64,000 bases of DNA from an uncultured Bacteriovoracaceae bacterium (GTDB lineage Bacteria; Bdellovibrionota; UBA2394): the NCBI GenBank assembly GCA_964622975.1, contig CAZUTA010000014.1, positions 3,267-67,266 of the forward strand. Reading direction: 5' to 3'. Both the position numbers and the translations under genes were made by a program. Under the pieces are notes generated by a model, which was given only the letters and a program-made list of their open reading frames with translations, made no database searches and was not told where the DNA came from. Each line of letters begins with the position of its first letter. Position 1 is the first letter of the stretch. Of the stretch, positions 9,636 through 18,968 are shown in pieces.

Positions 9636-10685
9636 TTGATTGCCACAATGGGCGGGAGCAAGTGTACTGGGGGACGAGGAGGGTGCCCATTGCACAAGCG
9701 CCTAATTGGGCTTTTAGCCTGTCCCAAATGTCCAAAATCCGATCTAGTACTGAACGATATCCGAGAAGCGGCTGAAGACGAGGTCATTGATGGAGACCTC
9801 ACGTGTAACTCATGTCAGACGATATACCCCGTCGTCCGCGGTATCCCTCGGTTTGTTCCTCCGCAAAATTACGCGGCGTCTTTTGGCTATCAATGGAATA
9901 CATTTCAACGTGAACAGTTGGATTCAAACACCAAGGCCAGACTTTCTGAACAACGCCTGTTGAACGAAACAGGATGGGCCAAAGAATGGTTTAAAGATAA
10001 ATGGATCCTTGATGCAGGTTGCGGAGCAGGACGATTTTTGGAAGTCGCGGCGCATTATGGGGCTCAGATTGTCGGGGTTGATTTGAGTCTTTCGGTGGAT
10101 GGCGTAAAAATTGGCTTGGCACAGTACAAAAACCTTCATCTTGTGCAGGGGAGCATTTTTGATCTGCCCTTTAAACCGGGTGTGTTTGATGCCTGCTATT
10201 GCATTGGAGTTTTACAACATACTCCCGATCCCTTAAGAGCGACTGCCTCACTCCCAAAAGTTGTAAAGCCGGGAGGTCGTTTGGCCGTGACTATTTATGA
10301 ACGACGCCAATTTACCATGCTCAACGCCAAATATGTTGCACGAGCAGTCACTCGGTTTTTGCCCAATCGACTCTTGCTTCAAGTGATTCGCGGAGTTATG
10401 CCCGTCGTGTTTCCTCTAACCTCTGTTTTGTACCGTCTTCCCATTGTTGGAAAATTCTTTCGATTCATCATTCCTGTCGCCAATTACGTCGAAATGAAAG
10501 AGCTCAGCTTGGCTCAGCGATACCAGCTCGCCATTCTTGACACCTTTGACATGCTCGCGCCGGCTTACGATATTCCTCAAAAGGAGCAACCCGTTCGACA
10601 TGTGCTTCAAGAAAAAGGTGTGGCAAATATTAAGCGTCTGCAGAACCCCGGATTAAACCTTACGGGAGAGAGGACAACCTTTTGA
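9636..10685 (+). CDS. SAM-dependent methyltransferase with N-terminal Trm112-like zinc ribbon
   Basis: LACPKCP...CNSC Cys pairs followed by ILDAGCGAGRFLEVAAHYGAQIVGVDL (motif I). Confidence 0.65.
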   Translation: MIATMGGSKCTGGRGGCPLHKRLIGLLACPKCPKSDLVLNDIREAAEDEVIDGDLTCNSCQTIYPVVRGIPRFVPPQNYAASFGYQWNTFQREQLDSNTKARLSEQRLLNETGWAKEWFKDKWILDAGCGAGRFLEVAAHYGAQIVGVDLSLSVDGVKIGLAQYKNLHLVQGSIFDLPFKPGVFDACYCIGVLQHTPDPLRATASLPKVVKPGGRLAVTIYERRQFTMLNAKYVARAVTRFLPNRLLLQVIRGVMPVVFPLTSVLYRLPIVGKFFRFIIPVANYVEMKELSLAQRYQLAILDTFDMLAPAYDIPQKEQPVRHVLQEKGVANIKRLQNPGLNLTGERTTF

Positions 10686-11986
10686 TTACTCAGGAAGTCA
10701 AATCGTGTCGTATTTGTAAAAGCACTCGCCTGACTCCTTTTTTGGATCTCGGCTTGATGCCACTGGTTAACTCTTACCTCAAGTCTCCCTCAGAAATTGC
10801 GAATGAACCCAAATTTCCTTTGATCATACTGTTTTGCAACGATTGTGCGCTTTCGCAACTGAGCCTAGTGGTTTCGCCCGAAGTGCTCTTTAGAGATTAC
10901 GACTATTATTCGTCCGTCTCTAAAACATTTCAAAGCCATTGTGCGCAGTTGGCCAAAAGTGCAGCGACCTATCAGGGGTTCGCACCATCAGATCTTGTTG
11001 TAGAGATTGCTAGCAACGATGGCTGCCTGCTTTCGGAGTTTAAAAAAGTCGGAGCCAGAGTCAAAGGAGTGGAGCCCGCAAGAAACCTCGCCAAAGTCGC
11101 CGAAAGTCGTGGGTTGCCTACGATCTCTGAGTTTTGGAGTGCAGAAGTTGCAAAGGAAATTTTAGCATCGGATGGTCCAGCCAAGATCGTTGTGTGCACG
11201 AACGTCCTAGCTCACGTGGATGACCTTCATGGATTTTTGGGAGCTGTTCGCAGTGTGTTGGCACAGGGGGGGCGATTCATATTTGAAGTGCCGTATATGG
11301 CAGAGTTTTTGAATCGACGGGCATTTGATACAACCTATCACGAACATCTGAGTTATTTTTTGGCGACGCCGCTCAAGCGAGCTCTCGAGATGAATGGCCT
11401 TACAGTCACCGATATTGAAAAGCTGGATATTCATGGTGGATCCATTCGAGTAACAGCACAGCCTGCCTCGGACGATCTGCTGCGAGTGAATGAACGGGTT
11501 ACGCAGATTTTGAATGCGGAGATCGCATCCGGCTTGCTCGAATCTTCTACATACCTGCATTTTCAGTCACAGATTTTGAGTCTGCGCGAGGAACTCTCCC
11601 TTTTTGTAAAGGGGGTTAAAGCTCGTGGCCATCGCATTGCAGCCTACGGAGCTTCCGCCAAAGGAAATGTTCTTCTCAATTTTTGCGGCCTTAACAAAGA
11701 CGATATTGATTTTGTAGTTGATGATACTCCTGCCAAACAAAACAAGCTCTATCCAGGCGTTCACATTCCTATAGTGGCAAGAAGCGAGCTCAAGAATCGC
11801 AATCCAAAATACTTACTCCTTCTCGCATGGAACTTTACCGAGGAGCTCATGGCGAATACCAAAGACTTTTCTGATTCTGGTGGCCGCTATGTTGTTCCTA
11901 TTCCCGGTTTACACGTACTCGCTCCTTCCATTTTGGAGATTAAGGCCCCTCATGAAAAAGCGGATTGTCTTTCTTCATCGGTATGA
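10682..11986 (+). CDS. NDP-hexose C-methyltransferase (TylCIII-like; Zn-binding N-domain plus C-methyltransferase C-domain)
   Basis: N-terminal CRIC...CNDC zinc-binding motif, a class I MTase core (VVEIASNDGCLL) and the C-terminal C-MT domain. 4-nt overlap with the upstream MTase. Confidence 0.65.
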   Translation: MITQEVKSCRICKSTRLTPFLDLGLMPLVNSYLKSPSEIANEPKFPLIILFCNDCALSQLSLVVSPEVLFRDYDYYSSVSKTFQSHCAQLAKSAATYQGFAPSDLVVEIASNDGCLLSEFKKVGARVKGVEPARNLAKVAESRGLPTISEFWSAEVAKEILASDGPAKIVVCTNVLAHVDDLHGFLGAVRSVLAQGGRFIFEVPYMAEFLNRRAFDTTYHEHLSYFLATPLKRALEMNGLTVTDIEKLDIHGGSIRVTAQPASDDLLRVNERVTQILNAEIASGLLESSTYLHFQSQILSLREELSLFVKGVKARGHRIAAYGASAKGNVLLNFCGLNKDDIDFVVDDTPAKQNKLYPGVHIPIVARSELKNRNPKYLLLLAWNFTEELMANTKDFSDSGGRYVVPIPGLHVLAPSILEIKAPHEKADCLSSSV

Positions 11987-13025
11987 TCGCTCGACGGCGA
12001 GCTTTAGAGCGCGCTGTGAGTGCTATTTTGAATCGCTGAGAGAACAAGATTATGAGGTTCTCTCTCAATCGCTTTTTTCTGAAACATACTGGAAGCTCAA
12101 ACCTCGTTCGATTCTCAAACTACTCCACATTTTTACCGCCTACATGACCCGATTGATTTTTCTGTTTAGGCTTAGAAAGAGCGATCAAATCATTCTTTAT
12201 GTAGAGCTCTTTCCTTACCTACCTCCTCTTGCCGAGCGCATTCTCCACATGTGTGGAATTCGATGGATCTACGACATCGACGACGCATTCTTTCACAATT
12301 ACGACGACCATCGCTTCTCGTTCGTTCGTCAAACTCTGGGACAGAAAATGGCTGCAATTATGCGACTGTCTGATTTTGTCATCACGGGAAACAAATATCT
12401 GGAGGCGTATGCCCGGCGCCACAACAACAAAGTCGTCATCATTCCTTCTGTCATTGATCTAAGAACTTTTAGCTATGGAGCGCATCAAAATCTTAATACA
12501 AGAACGACTATCGGTTGGATTGGCACCCCAACGACAGCACCCTTCTTACGCTTGCTTGAATCGGCACTCAACACTCTCTCAGAAGAGTACTCATTTCGAA
12601 TTTTGATTATTGGGTCAAAGGTGAATCCTTTTTCAAAACTTTCACCTTCCATTTCGGTTGAACTGAGGGATTGGAGTGAGAATCGAGAAGCATCGGATTT
12701 AGCAGAAATGGATATCGGAGTCATGCCCTTGCCCGACACACCCTTCACTCGTGGCAAGGGGGGAATGAAAATCATGCAGTATATGGCAGCTTCGATTCCT
12801 GCCGTCGCATCACCCGTAGGATTTAACTGCGAAATTATCTCGCATGGCCAGAACGGCATTTTGGCCGCGACGCCTCAGGAATGGGTGAATGCATTTAAAG
12901 GGCTTATTCAAGATCCCGAAGCCCGTAAACGGATAGGTGAGGCCGGCTATAGGACCGTAGCTGACAGATACTGTATCCAAGTGACTCGACCAGAATTTGT
13001 GCGGACAATTCAGACCCTAGCCTAA
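11952..13025 (+). CDS. Glycosyltransferase (GT1/GT4-like)
   Basis: C-terminal segment DIGVMPLPDTPFTRGKGGMKIMQYMAASIPAVASPVGFNCEII is a GT-B donor-binding region. Likely start is ATG 11952 (MKKRIVFLH...), overlapping the upstream gene. Confidence 0.6.
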   Translation: MKKRIVFLHRYDRSTASFRARCECYFESLREQDYEVLSQSLFSETYWKLKPRSILKLLHIFTAYMTRLIFLFRLRKSDQIILYVELFPYLPPLAERILHMCGIRWIYDIDDAFFHNYDDHRFSFVRQTLGQKMAAIMRLSDFVITGNKYLEAYARRHNNKVVIIPSVIDLRTFSYGAHQNLNTRTTIGWIGTPTTAPFLRLLESALNTLSEEYSFRILIIGSKVNPFSKLSPSISVELRDWSENREASDLAEMDIGVMPLPDTPFTRGKGGMKIMQYMAASIPAVASPVGFNCEIISHGQNGILAATPQEWVNAFKGLIQDPEARKRIGEAGYRTVADRYCIQVTRPEFVRTIQTLA

Positions 13026-13110
13026 TCCGATCGATGTGCCGGGGTGAAATTCACTGGGCAAGGTCTCATCAAAGTGATTAATTTGAAAATGTAGCTGGAG
13101 GGGTATCCTA

Positions 13111-14172
13111 GTGTTTGCCAAACGAGCTCATATCATCAATAGAAAAATTCGATTTGCGATAGTGGGGTGCGGGCGAATCTTTGAAAAACATTTAGAAGGA
13201 CTTGGGCACAACGCAAAGGATGCCGAACTTGTCGCAGTATGCGATTCGGATCCAAAGGCGCTCGATCAAGCCACTCAAAAAACAGGTGCCAAGGGTTATA
13301 GGCATTTAGATGCGCTCCTTTCAGATACAAATGCTGACATCGTCGTGATTGCCACTCCAAGCGGTCTCCATTCTGAACAGGCAGTAAAAGTGGCACTTTC
13401 AGGACGGCACGTCATGACCGAAAAACCTATGGCGACGCATTGGAGCGACGGAAAAGCAATGGTTCAAGCCTGCGACCAAGCCGGGGTTTACCTCTTTGTT
13501 GTTAAACAAAATCGATTTAATTCGACGATTGAAGCTGTAAAAAAGGCTGTCGACGAAGGCCGCTTTGGTAAAATTGTCATGGTCAGCATGAATGTCTTTT
13601 GGACTCGACCACAATCATACTACGACTCTTCGAGTTGGCGCGGAACTTGGGAGTTTGATGGCGGCGCCCTTATGAATCAGGCAAGCCATTACGTCGATTT
13701 AATGGACTATCTGATAGGCCCCGTAGAGAGCGTGCAAGCCCTCATCGGAACCCTGTCGCGTCGAATAGAAGTGGAAGATACCGCGGTCATGAGTGTGCGA
13801 TGGAGATCAGGCGCATTGGGCTCACTGAACGTTACCATGCTGACACACAACAAGAATTTTGAGGGCTCCATCACCATCTTAGGAGAAACTGGAACAGTTC
13901 GCATCGGTGGAATGGCGCTCAATAAAATTGAGCATTGGGAGTTTGCCGAAATGACAGAAGCGGATCGGCAAATTCAATCTGCAAGCTACGAAACAACTAC
14001 CGTCTACGGAAATGGTCATGGCTCTTACTATCATAACGTCATTCAAACCATGCTAGGTGAAGCGCCCCCCCTCACAGATGGTCGAGAAGGTTTGAGATCC
14101 CTTGAGATCCTTGTGTCCGCCTACAAATCTGCGCGAGATGGCCGGCGAATATCGCTGCCCTTAGAGATCTAA
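13111..14172 (+). CDS. Gfo/Idh/MocA family NAD-dependent sugar oxidoreductase (WbpB-like)
   Basis: [16 protein letters not shown] Rossmann N-terminus. Genetically coupled to a WbpD-like acetyltransferase (stop/start share nt 14172). Confidence 0.8.
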   Translation: MFAKRAHIINRKIRFAIVGCGRIFEKHLEGLGHNAKDAELVAVCDSDPKALDQATQKTGAKGYRHLDALLSDTNADIVVIATPSGLHSEQAVKVALSGRHVMTEKPMATHWSDGKAMVQACDQAGVYLFVVKQNRFNSTIEAVKKAVDEGRFGKIVMVSMNVFWTRPQSYYDSSSWRGTWEFDGGALMNQASHYVDLMDYLIGPVESVQALIGTLSRRIEVEDTAVMSVRWRSGALGSLNVTMLTHNKNFEGSITILGETGTVRIGGMALNKIEHWEFAEMTEADRQIQSASYETTTVYGNGHGSYYHNVIQTMLGEAPPLTDGREGLRSLEILVSAYKSARDGRRISLPLEI

Positions 14173-14741
14173 TGATTCATCCGACTGCCATCATTGACGA
14201 AGGAGCTCAAATTGGCGCTCGAGCCAGAATTTGGCACTGGGTTCATATTTGTAGCGGAGCTCGTCTTGGAGATGACTGCGTCCTTGGACAGAATGTATTT
14301 GTCGGCAATCGCGTCTCCATGGGAAACAATGTGCGAATACAAAACAATGTGTCCGTCTACGACGATGTCACTCTCGAAGATGATGTGTTTTGCGGACCCA
14401 GCATGGTGTTTACAAATGTGATCAATCCCAGGTCCGCCGTCAGCCGTAAGGATGAATACAAACGCACAATTGTTCGAAAGGGTGCAACTATCGGCGCAAA
14501 CGCCACAATTGTCTGTGGAGTTGAAATTGGTGAAGGAGCCTTTATTGGCGCGGGTGCTGTTGTGACTAAGAATGTTCCTTCCTACGCTCTCGTCGTTGGC
14601 AATCCAGCAAAACAAATCGGATGGATGGGAGCTTACGGTGAAAGGCTCATAGAAGATTCAGCTCAGAATATATGGAAATGCCCCAAGACCAACGAGATAT
14701 ACAGAAAATCTGAGCACGGACTTAAACGAGTCTCGATCTAA
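14172..14741 (+). CDS. Hexapeptide-repeat sugar N-acetyltransferase (WbpD/WlbB-like)
   Basis: Left-handed beta-helix hexapeptide repeats ([LIV]-G-x-x-x-x). The length and order after the WbpB-like gene match the UDP-2,3-diacetamido-2,3-dideoxy sugar pathway. Confidence 0.8.
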   Translation: MIHPTAIIDEGAQIGARARIWHWVHICSGARLGDDCVLGQNVFVGNRVSMGNNVRIQNNVSVYDDVTLEDDVFCGPSMVFTNVINPRSAVSRKDEYKRTIVRKGATIGANATIVCGVEIGEGAFIGAGAVVTKNVPSYALVVGNPAKQIGWMGAYGERLIEDSAQNIWKCPKTNEIYRKSEHGLKRVSI

Positions 14742-15972
14742 AAAAAATGAACCGATGCACAAAGGGCGCTCCCAAAATCAGAAGTGCGCCGAAAGCAACG
14801 ATATGATGTCGCATGCCCGTTCCATAATTGACGGTTCCCAGGCTCCAAACAAAATTTAGGCTCAGATATCCCGCGAGCAAAAGCTTAATCAGATGCTTTT
14901 GATTTTTATCCCGCACATAGACCAAACTCCAAAGAGCTCCCACCAGAAGAAACATCCTCAAAAAACTCTCCAGAGCGGCATAGAGATCAATACTCGCGCT
15001 CACCTGCCAAGGGAGAGGAGCAAACATATAGAGAAAAAACATGAGGGGGACTGAAACAAGAATACTCGCAATTGAGCTGGGATCAAAGTTAACGCCGTAA
15101 GTCGTCCGGCCAGGATCCTCACTCATGGGATGTGAGCGGTACTTCGCCACTTGTTCTGCAATATCGCCGCTTGCGAGCTTATCGAGACTCCCCAAATCTT
15201 CCAGTGAACTCACGCTCATCGAGGTCCCCATCAGTAATGCTCCCATTCCAATGAGCAAAAAAATAGCCGTGCGACGAGCCGAGAGATAGCGAAGACCCGT
15301 CGTCATTGCCCAAAGGGGCTTCCACACCAGAACCAAGATAATCAAAAAGGGAACGTACCCCACCAAGCCTGAATGCCAAAATCCAATACCTGCAGCGGCT
15401 GCAACAAAAGCAATCAAATCCAAAAACTTTCCATAAGTATGCCACCGCAACGCAAACACCATGGAAACCATAAAAAAAAGCATCTGATAGGATTCACGAA
15501 GCATCACTGAGCCAAACAAAACGCTTGTCGGCAAAAGGCAAAAGATAAACAGAACAAATGACCTATAGCGCTGATAACCGAGCAATTGCAAAAGCGATTC
15601 TGTGGCTAAAACAGACAGACTAAACGCAAAAACAGCACACACCTCTCCGAGCAAAAGTGAGACTCCGAAAGCCTGATACAGACTTCCGATCAGGAATAGA
15701 AAAGCGCCCAACCCCAAGTCAAAAAACTCTGGGTACGTGCCCGTCTCGACAATTCTTGCCAGAAATCCCTGCATCTTTACGGCATCGACATCAGCGCCAA
15801 GAGTGGGGCCTACGTAGACGTTATAAAGCGCTACACCAAATCGGATCAAAAGCGCGGCCCATACAATGAGGAGTGCAACTCCATCTCCTCTCAAGGTTTT
15901 ACTGAGAAGAGGAGCCAGTAATGCGAGGGCAAAGATAACCCAAGCGACTAACTCTGCGCCTAATTCGCCCAT
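14722..15972 (-). CDS. Polytopic membrane protein, putative O-antigen polymerase (Wzy-like)
   Basis: About 10-12 predicted TM segments and a large periplasmic loop. Lies between the Wzz-like and WbpD-like genes. No sequence motif is diagnostic. Confidence 0.4.
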   Translation of the reverse strand: MGELGAELVAWVIFALALLAPLLSKTLRGDGVALLIVWAALLIRFGVALYNVYVGPTLGADVDAVKMQGFLARIVETGTYPEFFDLGLGAFLFLIGSLYQAFGVSLLLGEVCAVFAFSLSVLATESLLQLLGYQRYRSFVLFIFCLLPTSVLFGSVMLRESYQMLFFMVSMVFALRWHTYGKFLDLIAFVAAAAGIGFWHSGLVGYVPFLIILVLVWKPLWAMTTGLRYLSARRTAIFLLIGMGALLMGTSMSVSSLEDLGSLDKLASGDIAEQVAKYRSHPMSEDPGRTTYGVNFDPSSIASILVSVPLMFFLYMFAPLPWQVSASIDLYAALESFLRMFLLVGALWSLVYVRDKNQKHLIKLLLAGYLSLNFVWSLGTVNYGTGMRHHIVAFGALLILGAPFVHRFIFFRSRLV

Positions 15973-16850
15973 GCTCCAGAACCGCCCCGATCTTTAGCCC
16001 CCACACCTCGAGAGTAAGTTCGGCGAACTTGACGTTCCCGCTGAACCAAATCCCAAACAATCAGACCTAACAGTAACGCTAAGAATGTTGCCAGAGTTCC
16101 CGTCACAGCAGACTTCAATCGCTGAGGACCAGACCGATCTGCAGGAACAATCGGTGGATCGATCACCACGAAGCTCTTTTGTTCCTTCTTGGCTTCAATT
16201 TGCGAAATCTCAAGTTGTTCTCGCAAAAGTGACAAAATTTTGGATTGAATACTGTACTCGCGCTGGCCCTGGCTCAACCGAAGATCATTGAGTCTTCTTT
16301 CAAGCGCGACCATCGCCACTTCCGCCTCTTTGAGTCTCGCTTCAAAAAATTCACGATTGGCCTGAGCTTTCTTGGTACTGATCTCGACCAAAGAAGCCTC
16401 TAGTTCATTGATGAGTTCGCTTACAACCTTTTGCGCCATCACCGGATCCGTCTGAGTAGACTCGATAATCATTGTGGGACCCGACGTTCGCCACTTTGCA
16501 CGAATCTCTTTTACCCCAAGACGCTCCTTGATCCGCTCTGTGACGCGCTCAGTTTTGAGGAGCACTTCAAATTGCGCAAGTTCATCGCTACTCGATCCTC
16601 CCCTAAACTGCGCAATCGCTTGAGACAATCCGCCCATAGATCCTCCTGGAGAATCCTTTAAGGGAACCAAAATTACACCACGACTCGTATAGTAGGGAGC
16701 CACTAAAAAATAAGTGTAAGAAAAAATCAATAGCCCCATCGTTGCCGCTACTATTGCAGCCAACTTCCAGCGCATTGACGCCAAGGCAACGATCTCGAAG
16801 AGATCCAAATTCCCTCCAAAACTAGCGTCGTTCTTTAAGGTAGTTCCCAT
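15960..16850 (-). CDS. Polysaccharide co-polymerase / chain-length determinant (Wzz-like, PCP-1)
   Basis: N-terminal TM helix (WKLAAIVAATMGLLIFSYTYFLV), coiled-coil periplasmic region, C-terminal TM helix (LATFLALLLGLIVWDLV). Confidence 0.55.
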   Translation of the reverse strand: MGTTLKNDASFGGNLDLFEIVALASMRWKLAAIVAATMGLLIFSYTYFLVAPYYTSRGVILVPLKDSPGGSMGGLSQAIAQFRGGSSSDELAQFEVLLKTERVTERIKERLGVKEIRAKWRTSGPTMIIESTQTDPVMAQKVVSELINELEASLVEISTKKAQANREFFEARLKEAEVAMVALERRLNDLRLSQGQREYSIQSKILSLLREQLEISQIEAKKEQKSFVVIDPPIVPADRSGPQRLKSAVTGTLATFLALLLGLIVWDLVQRERQVRRTYSRGVGAKDRGGSGAWAN

Positions 16851-16904
16851 ATGATCCTCCCAGGATTTGATTACAGTAACGAAATCTCAGTCCGAAAACA
16901 AAGA

Positions 16905-18968
16905 TTAATGGACGTGCCGCTGAAGCTCTTTTTTTGTTAACTCCACAGCCCTTAAAGCCCTCATTTGCAAATGAGGGAGGCGTTCTTTTAACTCCCGACG
17001 TACCCTTTCAGACTGTTCGAAGAGTACCAAATAGTCCCTGATCAACGTCTCCAAGTTGAGATCTTGATACTCAATTGAAAAAGCTTCCTGACCAAACTCA
17101 TTTAAGAGGCCTCGGTATTTGTAGTTCCAACCTATCGCCAGGGAAGGCACTCCACTTGAGAGAGCGGCGACCAGCGCATGATAACGAGATCCCACAAATA
17201 CATCGCATTTAGAAATGATCGCCTTGAGTTCTGCGGGTGAGGAGTCTTTCTCTAAAAAAATTACTCCGTCACTGCCCTTGAAGGTCGCCGCAAAATCTCT
17301 GCCCAGTTGCCAGTCATCTAAAACACCCATATCTTCCTGGGAGGAATGAGCGATCACCAAAACACCATCGCCACGTTCAAGTAGCCAACACGCAAAATTT
17401 TTCATGCAGGATAAGTAATCTGCTGAACGACGAGAAACCATTGAACTTAAATTAATACCCACCCACTTTTTAGACTTTGAAAGAAGGGGTCGGTGATCTT
17501 GCGAAGCAGTACTATCCAACAAAATCGCAATGTCTGGAAACGCCTGATCCCCCACATTCAATCCAATCTCCCTCAAGCTCACGACCGAATCACTCTCTCT
17601 TGCGAGCACGAGGTCCGCCAAGTGCAGTGAATATGCCGCCCAGCGACTTTGCCAATGATGAAGGGGCCCGTACGTTTGAGTAAAACAAATCAGAGGCTTT
17701 CGCCAAATTTTGGCTAGAACCAATGGAACAACATCATAAAGCGCCGCCTTAAGACTTTTTCCGCCTCCAAACTTTACCCCATGCATATCCACCACGGCAT
17801 CGCATCCCTTAAAACAGCTCAAAGCGCCTTTCAGTCTTTTCAAGTTTGGTCGCGCTACAATCTCCACTTCATTGTCCAAATTGCATTCAAAGTCTCGCTT
17901 GAAGTCAGAGCTCAATAGACGAAAGCGAAGCGGTTGCTCAGGCCACACTTTTTGTAACGCCTGCTTCAGGCAGCTGAAAATGGCAGGGCCGCCTTTATTG
18001 CCGGTAAGCCCCAATCCAACGACAGCAATTTTTATAGACTTGCGCGGCAGGTTCTTCGGGCCAGAGCCAAACACGACCATGGATCCAAACCGTTGAACCT
18101 TCCATGAACGCTTGCCCGACAACTCGAGCAGGTACCTCTCCAGCTCTGATGGACTCAAGTGATTAATTTTTGAGGACAGCGACATATCACTCGCCGCCAA
18201 AGCAAAGTTTTTCTTTCCGACAACTGCAAAAAGAAAATCAAACAAAAAAAACCTCATGCGAGCGCTTGGGATTAATCGTCGAACTCTCCGAGCCAGCTTC
18301 TCCACAAGACCTCTTCGTTCTGAATAAACCCATGAAAATATCCAGCCATCTGTTTTGGCAACACGCTCGAGTTCTGAAAGGCACTGCTGAAGATTGTTAA
18401 CGTAGGGGAGTGCGCCATCACACCACACAATGTCGAACATCCTGGAGGGAAGGGGAATCTGACTGAGGTTCGCCCGAAAAAGATGAACATGGGGTAAAGC
18501 CTCTGTTCGTTGATAAGCGCTTTCCCACTCAGTCTGCACATCGAACGCATAGATTTGGGCACCATACTTCGCGAGATGAGTTTCGATTCTCGCCAAACCA
18601 CATCCCGCATCCAAGATGACCTTGCCTCGAATCTCCTCAAGACTCGATAGGCCAAGTTTAAAACAAAAGTCCTCCACTTCTTCCTTAACGGTCTTTCCAT
18701 AAAGAACTTCATGATCTCGAGAATTACTCAGAATCCTCCTAAAATATGCTCCATAGTTTTCGCCCGTGGTTGTGTCCATCCCTCTATCGAGGATTTCCGG
18801 CATTCCTCTGACGATTTCATAAGAACGATTGCACTTCGAACAATTCAAACAACCCGCAAAGACATGATCTCCTTTGAGCAAGCAACCTTCAGAACTCAAC
18901 CGAAAAACTTCCTGACAGCAGATGGACCTAAAAGCCTTGAGCGCAGAGACTCTCATGAGTACTTCCAC
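16905..18968 (-). CDS. Fusion protein: Trm112-like zinc ribbon plus class I SAM methyltransferase (N-terminal) with polysaccharide pyruvyl transferase (CsaB/WcaK-like, C-terminal)
   Basis: N-terminus has CLNCSKC and ILDAGCGLARIETHLAKYGAQIYAFDV. C-terminus has ...GSRYHALVAALSSGVPSLAIGWNYKYRGLL, the conserved pyruvyl-transferase region. Confidence 0.6.
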   Translation of the reverse strand: MEVLMRVSALKAFRSICCQEVFRLSSEGCLLKGDHVFAGCLNCSKCNRSYEIVRGMPEILDRGMDTTTGENYGAYFRRILSNSRDHEVLYGKTVKEEVEDFCFKLGLSSLEEIRGKVILDAGCGLARIETHLAKYGAQIYAFDVQTEWESAYQRTEALPHVHLFRANLSQIPLPSRMFDIVWCDGALPYVNNLQQCLSELERVAKTDGWIFSWVYSERRGLVEKLARRVRRLIPSARMRFFLFDFLFAVVGKKNFALAASDMSLSSKINHLSPSELERYLLELSGKRSWKVQRFGSMVVFGSGPKNLPRKSIKIAVVGLGLTGNKGGPAIFSCLKQALQKVWPEQPLRFRLLSSDFKRDFECNLDNEVEIVARPNLKRLKGALSCFKGCDAVVDMHGVKFGGGKSLKAALYDVVPLVLAKIWRKPLICFTQTYGPLHHWQSRWAAYSLHLADLVLARESDSVVSLREIGLNVGDQAFPDIAILLDSTASQDHRPLLSKSKKWVGINLSSMVSRRSADYLSCMKNFACWLLERGDGVLVIAHSSQEDMGVLDDWQLGRDFAATFKGSDGVIFLEKDSSPAELKAIISKCDVFVGSRYHALVAALSSGVPSLAIGWNYKYRGLLNEFGQEAFSIEYQDLNLETLIRDYLVLFEQSERVRRELKERLPHLQMRALRAVELTKKELQRHVH

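Noticed and set aside
9587-9802. N-terminal 72-aa extension of the GT4 ORF
   Set aside because: The extension is Ser/Arg/Pro-rich with no GT motif. The internal Met at 9586 gives a typical GT4 N-terminus and leaves a divergent intergenic region.
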